64,000 bases of DNA, taken from positions 800,001 to 864,000 of the forward strand of contig OZ257142.1 in the NCBI GenBank assembly GCA_965279035.1, in the 5' to 3' direction. A model generated the notes under the pieces. The model made no database searches, was not told the origin of the DNA, and saw only the letters and a program-made list of their open reading frames with translations. Shown here piece by piece: positions 10,451 through 20,783 of the stretch. Position 1 is the first letter of the stretch. Every line of letters begins with the position of its first letter. The stretch is from Bacteroidia bacterium. Lineage in GTDB: Bacteria; Bacteroidota; Bacteroidia; M30B66. The position numbers and the translations under genes are program-made.

Positions 10451-11599
10451 ATGAATATTCCTGCCATATACGCTAAAGGAGACCGCACCATTTGGATCGT
10501 GGTGCTGATTCTTAGCCTTTTGTCTGTCATGGCAGTTTATACTTCCACTGGTTCTCTTGCTTATGCAAAACAAGGCGGAAATACCGAACATTATCTGATT
10601 AAGCATTTAGCCCTTGTGTTAACGGGATTGTTCATGATGTACATGACTCACCTAGCCAACTATAAGATTTTCTCTCGAATAGGTCAATTGGCTATCTGGC
10701 TTGCGTTTCCCTTGTTAGCAGTTACACTTTTTAGTGGAAGCGAAATCAATGATGCCGCACGTTGGCTAACTGTTCCTATCATCAATGCTACGTTTCAAAC
10801 GTCCGACTTTGCTAAGCTTGCTTTAATTATGTATTTGGCGAGGCTTTTATCTCGTAAGCAAGATCAAATCAAGGAATTCAAAGAAGCATTTCTTCCATTG
10901 ATGGTTCCTATATTTTGCATCTGTGGATTGATACTTCCTGCCAATTTCTCAACAGCAGCAGTGCTTTTTTCTACCTGTTTACTATTGCTTTTTGTTGGGA
11001 GAGTTAATATCAAATACATTCTCGCACTCATTGGTGGAGGAATCATTGCTTTCGTCCTATTCATTTTTATCGCTCTTCAATTCAATCTTCCGGGCAGGAT
11101 GTCGACCTGGAAAGCGCGAATTGAAAACTTCTCTAGCGGAAATTCCGATACGAATTATCAAGCAGAACAAGCTAAAATAGCTATTGCTAATGGTGGATTA
11201 ATTGGAATGGGACCGGGGAAAAGTGAGCAACGTAATTTCCTTCCACAAGCTTATTCCGATTTTATTTTCGCAATCATTCTCGAAGAAGGAGGATTGATGA
11301 TGGGAGCATTTGTAGTGCTGCTTTACCTCATTTTACTGCTCCGAGTGATACGAATGGTGCGCTATAGCCCTCAAACATTTGCTACGTTTTTAGCAGTTGG
11401 TTGTTGTTTGATGTTGTTGTTTCAAGCCTTTATCAATATGGCTGTTGCTGTGAATTTATTTCCTGTAACTGGTCAAGCCTTGCCATTGATTAGTATGGGA
11501 GGAACTTCCATTTGGTTTACGAGTATTTCTATAGGAATAATTCTCTGCGTTAGTCGTTTTTGTGTTAAGGAGAAAGGAGGCGAAGATGCGCTCGTATAA
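10451..11599 (+). CDS. ftsW: SEDS peptidoglycan glycosyltransferase FtsW
   Basis: Polytopic; ARW, FQTSDFAK, G(M)GPG, SDFIFA, PVTGQALPLISMGGTS. Confidence 0.94.
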   Translation: MNIPAIYAKGDRTIWIVVLILSLLSVMAVYTSTGSLAYAKQGGNTEHYLIKHLALVLTGLFMMYMTHLANYKIFSRIGQLAIWLAFPLLAVTLFSGSEINDAARWLTVPIINATFQTSDFAKLALIMYLARLLSRKQDQIKEFKEAFLPLMVPIFCICGLILPANFSTAAVLFSTCLLLLFVGRVNIKYILALIGGGIIAFVLFIFIALQFNLPGRMSTWKARIENFSSGNSDTNYQAEQAKIAIANGGLIGMGPGKSEQRNFLPQAYSDFIFAIILEEGGLMMGAFVVLLYLILLLRVIRMVRYSPQTFATFLAVGCCLMLLFQAFINMAVAVNLFPVTGQALPLISMGGTSIWFTSISIGIILCVSRFCVKEKGGEDALV

Positions 11600-12689
11600 A
11601 TTCATCATTTCAGGAGGTGGAACAGGTGGGCATATCTTTCCTGCTGTAGCCATTGCGAATGGAATTAAAGAACGTTACCCCAATGCTGAAATTCTCTTTG
11701 TTGGGGCTAAAGGACGCATGGAAATGGAAAAAGTTCCGGCTGCAGGTTACGAGATTGTAGGATTAAATATTTCTGGAATTCAACGCTCCTTCACCTTGAA
11801 AAACCTCTTGGTGCCTTTCCGTTTGTTAGGTGCTTTGAATGAAGCCGGAAAAATATTGAAGCGATTTAAGCCCGATGTTGTGATTGGTGTTGGTGGATAT
11901 GCGAGTGGCGCTATCGTTTTCATGGCTTCACGCAAGGGAATTCCAACCTTGGTTCAAGAACAAAATTCCTATCCGGGAATCACCAATAAATTGCTTTCTA
12001 AAAGAGTAAAACGCCTCTGTGTTGCATACGATGGCATGGAACGTTTCTTTCCCGCCGATAAAATTCGCTTAACCGGAAATCCTGTCCGCCAGGAAATCGC
12101 CGACCAACAAGGTAAACGAGAGAAAGCTATCAGTCATTTTGGTCTTAATCCAAACAAACAAACGCTCTTAGTGATTGGTGGAAGTTTAGGAGCACTTTCG
12201 ATCAATGAAAGTATGCTAGCGGCCTTGCCTCGAATCAAAGAAAGCGGTATTCAATTGATCTGGCAAACGGGAAAAGGGTTCGATGGGAAAGCAGCAGCAG
12301 CAGTTGCTGAATTGAATGATGCAGGTATTCAAACCTATGCTTTTATAAAAGAGATGGATTTGGCTTATGCTGCAGCCGATTTGGTTGTTTCACGTGCTGG
12401 AGCTTTGGCTGTTTCGGAGTTGTGTTTAGTGAAGAAGGCTTGCATTTTAGTTCCTTATCCTTTTGCTTCCGAAGATCATCAAACACACAACGCACAATCG
12501 TTGGTGGAAAAAGGAGCAGCATTGCTCGTCACAGATAGCGATGCACGAACGAAACTTGCAGATGTTGCTCTAGAACTAGCCTCAAATGCTGAAAAGCGCG
12601 ATGGGCTGGTGAAAGCAATTAGTTCATTGGGGAAACCCGATGCAACAAATACGATAGTGGATGAAGTTTTTAACCTGATGACTGCCTGA
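11586..12689 (+). CDS. murG: Lipid II GlcNAc transferase
   Basis: GGGTGGHIFPA, GGYAS, EQNSYPG, GNPVR, GGSLGA, SRAGA, HQTHNA; ATG 11586. Confidence 0.97.
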   Translation: MRSYKFIISGGGTGGHIFPAVAIANGIKERYPNAEILFVGAKGRMEMEKVPAAGYEIVGLNISGIQRSFTLKNLLVPFRLLGALNEAGKILKRFKPDVVIGVGGYASGAIVFMASRKGIPTLVQEQNSYPGITNKLLSKRVKRLCVAYDGMERFFPADKIRLTGNPVRQEIADQQGKREKAISHFGLNPNKQTLLVIGGSLGALSINESMLAALPRIKESGIQLIWQTGKGFDGKAAAAVAELNDAGIQTYAFIKEMDLAYAAADLVVSRAGALAVSELCLVKKACILVPYPFASEDHQTHNAQSLVEKGAALLVTDSDARTKLADVALELASNAEKRDGLVKAISSLGKPDATNTIVDEVFNLMTA

Positions 12690-12691
12690 TC

Positions 12692-14083
12692 ATGAATTTG
12701 CAAGCTGTCACATATGTATATTTCCTTGGCGCCGGTGGAATCGGAATGAGCGCTCTAGGACGCTACTTTTTGCGTCGGGGAATTGCTGTGGGCGGTTATG
12801 ACAAAACAGCTACATCGCTTACTTCTGAGCTCATTGCTGAAGGAATGAACATTGGCTTCATTGATTCTGTAAGTCAACTTCCGGAAGAAATTTCATCAAG
12901 TGCCGATAAATCAAGCATCCTCATAATTTATACTCCGGCAATTCCATCCAATAGCGAATTGTTGAATTATTTCCGGAATGAAGGATACATGCTGATTAAA
13001 CGTGCCGAAGTTTTAGGATTGATTTCTCGCTCTCATAAAACATTGGCGGTTGCTGGCACACACGGAAAAACAACCACTTCTACTTTGATTGCCCACTTGC
13101 TTCAACAAGGTGGCATGAATCCCGTTGCTTTTTTAGGTGGTATTTCTGTCAATTATTCAAGTAATTATTTACCGGGAACCTCCGACAGTATTCTTGTTGC
13201 CGAAGCAGATGAATATGATCGTTCATTCCTTCAGCTACATCCGCATACAGCGGTAATCACTTCAACTGATGCTGATCATCTCGACATTTACGGGAAGAAA
13301 GATGCGCTGGTTCAATCGTTCAGCGATTTTGCCGATCAAGTAAATCCGCATGGGTTCTTAATTCTCAAAGCCGGGCTCGATTTACCAAAGCGACTTTACG
13401 ATCGTGCAGTTTCTTATCACACAGAATTACCTTCTGATGTGCATTTAGAAAATTGTATTGCCGAAGGTGACAAATACCGATTTGATGTTCGTATTCAAGG
13501 AAAATTACTGAGCGGATTAACGCTTGGACTTCCTGGATTTCATAATGTTGAAAATGCTTTAGCTGCCATTGCATCTGTTTATTTAAATGGCTTGTCGGAA
13601 GATTCAATTCGAAAAGGCTTGGAGAGTTTTCAAGGTGTAAAGCGTCGTTTTGAATACATCATTCGTGAAAACGATTTTGTTTTTATTGATGACTATGCAC
13701 ATCATCCCGAAGAACTTCGTGCTTGCATTACTTCCGTAAAACGGATATACCCAGGTCGTCATTTAATGGGTGTTTTTCAACCTCATTTATTTACACGCAC
13801 CCGCGATTTTCTCGATGGATTTGCTGAAAGCCTTTCTCTACTCGATGAAGTAATCCTTTTGGATATATATCCTGCACGTGAACTTCCAATTGAAGGCGTG
13901 AGTTCGGCCGTATTGCTCGAAAAGATTCAAGCAAGAAAGAAGTCCTTACTTAGTAAAGGAGAGCTAGTCGATTACATTTCTTCAAATAAACCGGAAGTGC
14001 TTCTCACCTTGGGAGCCGGCGATATCGATATGTTGGTGGAACCAATCCGTCAACGACTCACACAAACACCTGTCTTGCCATGA
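12692..14083 (+). CDS. murC: UDP-MurNAc--L-alanine ligase
   Basis: GAGGIGMSAL, AGTHGKTTT, EADEYDRSF, DDYAHHP, FQPH, GAGDI. Confidence 0.97.
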   Translation: MNLQAVTYVYFLGAGGIGMSALGRYFLRRGIAVGGYDKTATSLTSELIAEGMNIGFIDSVSQLPEEISSSADKSSILIIYTPAIPSNSELLNYFRNEGYMLIKRAEVLGLISRSHKTLAVAGTHGKTTTSTLIAHLLQQGGMNPVAFLGGISVNYSSNYLPGTSDSILVAEADEYDRSFLQLHPHTAVITSTDADHLDIYGKKDALVQSFSDFADQVNPHGFLILKAGLDLPKRLYDRAVSYHTELPSDVHLENCIAEGDKYRFDVRIQGKLLSGLTLGLPGFHNVENALAAIASVYLNGLSEDSIRKGLESFQGVKRRFEYIIRENDFVFIDDYAHHPEELRACITSVKRIYPGRHLMGVFQPHLFTRTRDFLDGFAESLSLLDEVILLDIYPARELPIEGVSSAVLLEKIQARKKSLLSKGELVDYISSNKPEVLLTLGAGDIDMLVEPIRQRLTQTPVLP

Positions 14084-14880
14084 AAAAGAAGCTCGTCAGA
14101 ATTATTGTTTGGGCTGTATCGATGATTGCAATTGTCGTATTGTTTGGTTTTATAAATCAGCAAAGGAAATCGGCTATTTGCAACGAAAGTAAAATCACCA
14201 TACTAGGCGACTCTACTGTTCAATTTGTAGTTGATGATGATGTGTATCATCTTCTTCGAACGAAGGGAATTCACATTGATTCGCTTCTGGCTTCGGATGT
14301 CAATCTGCTTGAAATTGAGTCTGAACTTATAAAGCATCCTGCCATCCAATCGGCCGACGTGTATTACAATCCCAAAGGAGTTTTATGTATGGACATCGTT
14401 CAACGAACTCCTGTATTGCGAGTAGTTGATACTTATGGCGAAAGCTATTATATCGATGACCAAGGGAATTACATGCCTTTGATCGATCGCTTTACAGCAC
14501 GTGTTCCGGTTGCTACTGGTGCCATTAATGATCCGTATTACAAACTCAGCATGAGTGTTAAGGACATCATTGCCAACGACAGTCTTGCTATTCGTTCAAC
14601 TACCGACGACTTGTTCACGTTTGTGATGGCTGCTCGACGCGATACATTCGCTTGGGTGCAAATGGAACAGCTCGTTGTTCGGCCAGATGGAGATTTGGAA
14701 ATGGTTCCTGGAATTGGCCCAACCAGCATTCTCTTCGGTGATACCAAAGACTTAGAAGATAAATTCAAACGCTTAAAGCTATTCTACAAAGAAGGATTAC
14801 CACTTGTTGGATGGAATGCATACAGTGCCTTGAATCTTAAATATAACAACCAAATAATTTGTACCAAAAACACAAACTAA
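14080..14880 (+). CDS. ftsQ: Cell division protein FtsQ/DivIB
   Basis: N-terminal TM, POTRA-like region, QRTPVLR, LNLKYNNQIIC; dcw position. Confidence 0.85.
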   Translation: MKKKLVRIIVWAVSMIAIVVLFGFINQQRKSAICNESKITILGDSTVQFVVDDDVYHLLRTKGIHIDSLLASDVNLLEIESELIKHPAIQSADVYYNPKGVLCMDIVQRTPVLRVVDTYGESYYIDDQGNYMPLIDRFTARVPVATGAINDPYYKLSMSVKDIIANDSLAIRSTTDDLFTFVMAARRDTFAWVQMEQLVVRPDGDLEMVPGIGPTSILFGDTKDLEDKFKRLKLFYKEGLPLVGWNAYSALNLKYNNQIICTKNTN

Positions 14881-14883
14881 ATC

Positions 14884-16164
14884 ATGGACTCAGAAATCAT
14901 AGTCGGCCTTGATATTGGTACCACCAAAATTGTCGCCATGGTCGGACGACGTAACGAGCACGGGAAAATCGAAATCCTGGGACATGGGAAATCTACATCC
15001 ATTGGTGTAAAGCGTGGTGTGGTTTCGAACATTGAACGAACGGTACAAAGCATTCGAGCAGCAGTAGAAGAGGCAGAAAATGTTTCGGGTGTTGACATTC
15101 GCTTAGTGAATGTTGGTATTGCTGGGCAGCATATTAAATCCATCCAACATCATGGAGTTTTTATGCGCAGCAATTATGAGCAAGAGATTACACAAACTGA
15201 TATCGATGTCCTAACTCAAGACATGTTTAAGTTGGTGATGCTTCCGGGTGAAGAAATCATTCATGCTTTGCCGCAAGAATATATCATCGACAATGAGAAA
15301 GGAATTAAAGATCCGATTGGGATGTGTGGTATTCGGATGGAAGCCAATTTTCACATCATCACTGGTCAAATTGCTGCGGCAAAAAACATCTACAAATGTG
15401 TAAACCGCGCAAACCTCGAAGCAACTGGTTTAATTCTCGAGCCTTTAGCTTCGGCCGAAGCTGTGCTAAGCAAAGAAGAAAAGGAAGCCGGTGTTGCCTT
15501 GGTTGATATTGGTGGAGGAACAACCGACATCGCCATTTTTCAAGAAGGGATAATTCGTCACACAGCTGTGATTGCATTAGGTGGTGATATTATCACAGAA
15601 GATATTAAAGAAGGATGTTCCATTATTAAGGATCAAGCAGAAATGCTCAAGATTCGCTTTGGTTCTGCTCTTGCCAGCGAAAGCAAAGAGAATGAAATTG
15701 TTTCCATTCCTGGTTTACGTGGGCGCGAACCCAAAGAAATCAGCTTGAAGAATCTGGCCAATATCATTCAGGCGCGGATGGAAGATATAATCGAACACAT
15801 CTATTACGAAATCAAAAATTCGGGCTACGAGAAAAAACTCATAGCAGGTATCGTCGTGACAGGTGGTGGCGCCAAGCTAAAACATGTATCTCAATTAATT
15901 GAATATATGACTGGAATGGATACACGCATTGGTTATCCAAACGAACATCTTTCAAAAGCAACTGAAGAAATCGCTTCGCCCATGTTTGCAACATCCGTTG
16001 GGCTTGTGATAAAAGGTTTCGAATTGAGTGATAGTAAGAAAGTACGTGAAGATTTAAAGCAATTGGGCGTGAAACCGAAACCTCAAAAATCGGGTGGATT
16101 TTTCGATGCCATTTTTGCAAAAACTAAGAATTTCTTCGACGATGACAACGAGAGGAATTCATAG
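14884..16164 (+). CDS. ftsA: Cell division protein FtsA
   Basis: GLDIGTTK, LEPLAS, VDIGGGTTD, VTGGGA. Confidence 0.97.
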   Translation: MDSEIIVGLDIGTTKIVAMVGRRNEHGKIEILGHGKSTSIGVKRGVVSNIERTVQSIRAAVEEAENVSGVDIRLVNVGIAGQHIKSIQHHGVFMRSNYEQEITQTDIDVLTQDMFKLVMLPGEEIIHALPQEYIIDNEKGIKDPIGMCGIRMEANFHIITGQIAAAKNIYKCVNRANLEATGLILEPLASAEAVLSKEEKEAGVALVDIGGGTTDIAIFQEGIIRHTAVIALGGDIITEDIKEGCSIIKDQAEMLKIRFGSALASESKENEIVSIPGLRGREPKEISLKNLANIIQARMEDIIEHIYYEIKNSGYEKKLIAGIVVTGGGAKLKHVSQLIEYMTGMDTRIGYPNEHLSKATEEIASPMFATSVGLVIKGFELSDSKKVREDLKQLGVKPKPQKSGGFFDAIFAKTKNFFDDDNERNS

Positions 16165-16225
16165 AATTTAAAAGCAGAACACAACAACACAACCACATAT
16201 AACAACAACACAAACGACAATAGCC

Positions 16226-17683
16226 ATGAGTGAGAAGAAAGAGATCAGTATGACCTTTGAGCTTCCGCAGAACGCACAAAACTCCATCATTAAAGTGATC
16301 GGCGTAGGTGGCGGCGGAAGTAACGCAGTTAACCACATGTTCCGTCAAGGAATTCGCGGTGTGGATTTTATTATCTGCAATACCGACCAACAAGCGCTTG
16401 ATGCGAGTGCAATTCCAACCAAAGTTCAGTTGGGAGCAACACTAACAGAAGGACGCGGAGCTGGATCCATTCCAGATGTTGGGCGAAATGCAGCCATCGA
16501 GAACATCGATGATTTGAAACAAATTCTTGGTCGTGAAACCAAAATGGTTTTCGTAACGGCTGGAATGGGCGGTGGAACAGGTACTGGAGCTGCTCCAGTT
16601 ATTGCTTCAACAGCACGTGAAATGGGCATACTTACCGTTGGTATTGTGACCATTCCATTCACTTTTGAAGGAAAAAAACGCCGTAAACAAGCCGAAGATG
16701 GCTTAGAGCAATTACGTAAAAGTGTTGATACGCTTTTGGTGATTTCCAATGACAAACTTCGCGAAATCTTCGGAAATCTAGGACTTACAGCCGCTTTTGC
16801 TGAGGCAGATAATGTACTTACAACTGCAGCTAAAGGAATTGCTGAGATCATTACTGTTCCTGGACAAATCAACGTCGATTTTGCCGATGTGAATACTGTG
16901 ATGAAAGATGGTGGTTCTGCCATTATGGGATCTGCCATTGCCGAAGGCGAAGGTGCTGCCATGCGTGCGTTGAAATCTGCCCTTTCTTCCCCATTGTTAA
17001 ATGATAGCAGTATCCGTGGAGCGAAACACATTTTGGTTAACATCGCTTATGGTGAAGATATTATGATGGATGAAGTGGGCGATTTAATGGACCACATGCA
17101 AGAAGAAGCTGGCTGGGATGCCAATGTGATTATGGGAACTTCAAATGATACTTCACTTGGTCGTTCGGTTTGCGTAACACTTGTTGCAACTGGGATAATT
17201 ACTGGACAATTAGACGAAGAACGTAAAGTTCTAAAGCTGGATGAACAAAGTAATGCAGTACGTTCAACTGGGAAGGACACTATAAATTCAAGCAATCAAT
17301 CAGTTCCAACAAGTTCCAATACAAACTTAAAACGCGATGCGGATGAAGATGTGTTGGTTCAAGGTGCTGATCGTCCGGAATTGAATTTTACTTTGAGCAC
17401 GGTAAGCGATCCTGCTAAAGATGAAGAAGAGGAAAATGAGCAGGTTCGTCGTTCATTAGAGCGTATGGAAAACTTGAAACGTTTGAGCATTAAGTTAAAA
17501 ACTCCTTCTCCAGTTTCTGATTTGGAAAGTGTTCCAGCATTTCGTCGTCGTAATATTCACTTACAACAAGTTGATGTTTCATCGGATACTAATATTTCAC
17601 GCTATACATTGAGCGAAAATCCGGAAGATAAAAAGTTGGAAATCCGCCCCAACAATTCATTTCTTCACGATAATGTTGATTAA
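16226..17683 (+). CDS. ftsZ: Cell division protein FtsZ
   Basis: GVGGGGSNAV, GMGGGTGTG, NVDFAD; Bacteroidota C-terminus NNSFLHDNVD. Confidence 0.98.
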   Translation: MSEKKEISMTFELPQNAQNSIIKVIGVGGGGSNAVNHMFRQGIRGVDFIICNTDQQALDASAIPTKVQLGATLTEGRGAGSIPDVGRNAAIENIDDLKQILGRETKMVFVTAGMGGGTGTGAAPVIASTAREMGILTVGIVTIPFTFEGKKRRKQAEDGLEQLRKSVDTLLVISNDKLREIFGNLGLTAAFAEADNVLTTAAKGIAEIITVPGQINVDFADVNTVMKDGGSAIMGSAIAEGEGAAMRALKSALSSPLLNDSSIRGAKHILVNIAYGEDIMMDEVGDLMDHMQEEAGWDANVIMGTSNDTSLGRSVCVTLVATGIITGQLDEERKVLKLDEQSNAVRSTGKDTINSSNQSVPTSSNTNLKRDADEDVLVQGADRPELNFTLSTVSDPAKDEEEENEQVRRSLERMENLKRLSIKLKTPSPVSDLESVPAFRRRNIHLQQVDVSSDTNISRYTLSENPEDKKLEIRPNNSFLHDNVD

Positions 17684-17707
17684 AAAACCAGTTAAAATTT
17701 CATTACA

Positions 17708-18154
17708 ATGAGTTTGGAAGAAAAGATTAATGCGGATATTAAATCTGCCATGCTTGCAAAAGAGAAAGAAAAACTCGAAGCATTGCGTGCAGTAAAATCG
17801 GCTGTATTGCTTGCTAAAACAGAAAAGGTAGGAGCAGAGTTATCGGAAGATGTAGAACTAAAACTTTTACAAAAGTTAGTGAAACAACGTCGCGAATCTG
17901 CTAGTATTTATGTTCAGCAAAACAGACCGGAATTAGCCGAATCTGAAACCTTTCAGGCAGATATCATTGAAAAGTATCTTCCTGCTCAACTTTCTCCTGA
18001 CGAGGTTCGTGTTGTCCTCAAGGAAATTGCTGCTGAACTTGGCGCAGTTTCTGTAAAAGACATGGGAAAGGTGATGGGAGCAGCTACTCAAAAACTCGCC
18101 GGTAAAGCCGATGGAAAGCTGATCTCAACGTTAGTAAAGGAAATTTTAAGTTAA
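17708..18154 (+). CDS. GatB/YqeY domain protein
   Basis: IKSAMLAK, KQRRES, YLPAQLS, KDMGKVMG, GKADGK. Confidence 0.92.
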   Translation: MSLEEKINADIKSAMLAKEKEKLEALRAVKSAVLLAKTEKVGAELSEDVELKLLQKLVKQRRESASIYVQQNRPELAESETFQADIIEKYLPAQLSPDEVRVVLKEIAAELGAVSVKDMGKVMGAATQKLAGKADGKLISTLVKEILS

Positions 18155-18180
18155 TATTAGTTTGGTTGTTGTTATTATCT

Positions 18181-18207
18181 ACAGAGCCCCTTTTTTAGGG
18201 GCTTTGT
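18181..18207. terminator. Intrinsic terminator hairpin ending the dcw operon
   Basis: ACAGAGCCCCT-TTTTT-AGGGGCTTTGT followed by T-rich sequence; between convergent genes. Confidence 0.8.
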
Positions 18208-18221
18208 TGTTTTTATACGGT

Positions 18222-20504
18222 TCACTTTTTAAGTAAACGTTTTAATGTGGCTACAGCGGTTCTGTTTTCGGGAAGTGTAATGGCCTGATGAATGCGTTTT
18301 TTCTCTAGCGATGTTAAATGGAAGTTCATAGAGATAACTTCATCACTTGGGTGCGAAGGTGGATTTAAGTCCAGTTCAATAAATTCTAAATTACCATCAA
18401 ACCAACTATCGGCATACATCAATAGTTGATCATGTTGATAATCCTGAATGCGAAACATATTCTCATACACATTTCCCAAAGGCGACATCAACATTTCACT
18501 GATGGTATTTTTGCTTTGGGTTTTCAAATCGTAAGCTTTATGATTCTCTCGAATTTGAAGAAATATCACCCGATCAGTATTTGCTGCAATCCACTTTCTA
18601 AAGTGATAGAGGTAGCGTATCGAAGTTCTTAAACCATAATTATCCCGAAAGCCAGCATCCATGACTTCCAAAATGGGTTTGCTTGGCAACGAAACAGAAG
18701 GAAGTATATACGGAAAGGTTGCACTCATTCTTATTGCAGAAGTAAATCGAAGATTGGCAGCTCCTTGATCTCGGAAGAAACGACTGAACTCAATATCTTC
18801 GGGCAAACTGCGAAGGATTGTTCCTGTTTTTGTTGGTGTAAAAGTGAGGTAGCTTACTGGTTGAGAACTGATCAACATTCTTCGTCCATCATTGATCACC
18901 GATGGTGTAAAAATCATCATGGGTGTTAATGCCGCATCTTCGGGAACTGTATATGAACTCAAACTTTTATCTAGAATAAAGTCTGTGTTTTCATTCAAAG
19001 CCTTTTCAAATTCATAACCACGATCGCGCGTATATTGCTGATTGCCTACATGTACTTTTTGTAACCTCATGAAAACATCACTCACTGCAAGTGAAAATCC
19101 AAGGGCATTTAAAAGATCTCTTCCAATTCGTTCAGAATAAATGCTGTCATAAATATTCTTTTCCATTCCAAGTTCTCGTCGCAACTGCAATTCCCGCATG
19201 TAGGCTGCTCCAATCATACCTCCCGAGGAACCTGTTATCAAACGGGTGTTTTTAAGTAAATGCCCTTCTGTTATTGAATCAGCATATTGCAATACATCAA
19301 CAGTCCAAACAGCCGATTTCAAACCACCTCCACTTACATTTAAAAAGATAAGTGTTGGTTTGCCATCTCTTCCTTTCCAAGCCCTCTTTTTCCATCGTTC
19401 TAAAGATTCGAGTCCATCTTTCGTATCGTGTTCAACTTGAATTCTTCGTTCTTTATCAAACAACATAGAATCGGGAATAATGGCTGCTTCTGTATTATAA
19501 TTTAAGCCATACGCTTGGTTTCGTTTACCGAAAAATTCATAACCGGAGAGCCAATTAATCAACAGAAATAAAACGATAAATACAGGAATTGACCATTCTT
19601 TAAGCCAAGTGTGGAATGCACTAGCTAGCATTAATAACATGGTAAAACTTACGAAAATGCTTGCTGCTGCTGGAATTCTGAAGAATGGAACATCTCTAAA
19701 TAAACCAAGTAATACTAAAATAACAACTACACCTATTTCAAAAATTGCTGCTGCAAGGTGATTTTGTCGGAACACTTGATTAATTATTTCTGGACTGTAA
19801 TGTGAAGTTTCCCGAGCGCGCATGATTCGAATCGGGTTGGAAAAATAACTTTCAACATGAATAGAACTAGCTTGTTTATGAGTTTGAGGTATGCGTTGCC
19901 AGGCATTGTTTTTCAATTGAATTTTACGGTATTGATTGCGCTCCGTTTTCTTTAGAATGTCGATACCCAATAGCCGAAAAATATCTTTACTAATGGTGAA
20001 AAAGTAGGTTAGACTCAATAAAAAAAAGAATCCTGCACCTATTACAAATCCGCATGAATGAAGGAAAATATCCGTTCGAGTTATTGTTTCATATTTATCT
20101 TGAAATAGAAAATTACAAATTAAATAAGTGATTATAAATCCAAGTGGAATGATGAAATTATTTAAAGTGTATTTAACAAATGGCTTGGAAACTGAGGCTA
20201 GAAAGGGAAAGCGATATGAATTAACTATATAACTGGCTATTTGAAATGCCATAATAAATCCACCACAACAAGCTCCAAGAATGAGATAAGAGAAAAAATC
20301 CACTTTACCTAGGTATTCTGGATCTAGGAATAATAATGGAACACCAAAATCATTTCCCCAAAGCCTTAATACAAAAGCAAAAAGCACAAACCAAAAAACC
20401 AATAATAGGATATTGAATTTGAAGTGAACATACACCAATCGAATTGGAAAGAAATAATAGAATTTCCGCAGTATCTTTTTTAACCTAGCTATGTTCTGCG
20501 GCAT
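18222..20504 (-). CDS. Polytopic membrane protein with C-terminal patatin-like phospholipase domain
   Basis: Multiple hydrophobic segments in the first ~325 aa; SGGGLKS oxyanion motif, GSSGG nucleophile, SATFPY, DAG catalytic Asp motif. Confidence 0.8.
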   Translation of the reverse strand: MPQNIARLKKILRKFYYFFPIRLVYVHFKFNILLLVFWFVLFAFVLRLWGNDFGVPLLFLDPEYLGKVDFFSYLILGACCGGFIMAFQIASYIVNSYRFPFLASVSKPFVKYTLNNFIIPLGFIITYLICNFLFQDKYETITRTDIFLHSCGFVIGAGFFFLLSLTYFFTISKDIFRLLGIDILKKTERNQYRKIQLKNNAWQRIPQTHKQASSIHVESYFSNPIRIMRARETSHYSPEIINQVFRQNHLAAAIFEIGVVVILVLLGLFRDVPFFRIPAAASIFVSFTMLLMLASAFHTWLKEWSIPVFIVLFLLINWLSGYEFFGKRNQAYGLNYNTEAAIIPDSMLFDKERRIQVEHDTKDGLESLERWKKRAWKGRDGKPTLIFLNVSGGGLKSAVWTVDVLQYADSITEGHLLKNTRLITGSSGGMIGAAYMRELQLRRELGMEKNIYDSIYSERIGRDLLNALGFSLAVSDVFMRLQKVHVGNQQYTRDRGYEFEKALNENTDFILDKSLSSYTVPEDAALTPMMIFTPSVINDGRRMLISSQPVSYLTFTPTKTGTILRSLPEDIEFSRFFRDQGAANLRFTSAIRMSATFPYILPSVSLPSKPILEVMDAGFRDNYGLRTSIRYLYHFRKWIAANTDRVIFLQIRENHKAYDLKTQSKNTISEMLMSPLGNVYENMFRIQDYQHDQLLMYADSWFDGNLEFIELDLNPPSHPSDEVISMNFHLTSLEKKRIHQAITLPENRTAVATLKRLLKK

Positions 20505-20783
20505 TTTATGAAGGAGATTGTCTTTATAAATATAATTAAAACCCGTTTAAATTAAATGATAATTGGAGAAGTATCTGGGAAATTTTCTTACGATTGTTTA
20601 TAGCTTGTTTATAACACGAAAGATTTGAAGCTAAGCGTCTTATATAGACATTGAGCACTCATTGCATTTCAAACTTACACCGTATCCCAAATACCGTAAC
20701 TACTTCAATAGCTTCCCGTTTTATTAAGAGTGATTTAACATGTCCTGACCGCATGGAAAACCTTTTACTTAAAGCAAAGCTGG

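Noticed and set aside
16426-17295. Long antisense ORFs (205 and 82 aa) opposite ftsZ
   Set aside because: Shadow ORFs caused by codon bias of a highly conserved gene; the same applies to the other short overlapping ORFs in the track
2505-18154. dcw cluster lacking murF and ddl, ending in yqeY
   Set aside because: Usual Bacteroidota arrangement
18222-20504. Patatin as a CBASS/anti-phage effector
   Set aside because: No cyclase, sensor or other defence gene nearby; housekeeping context
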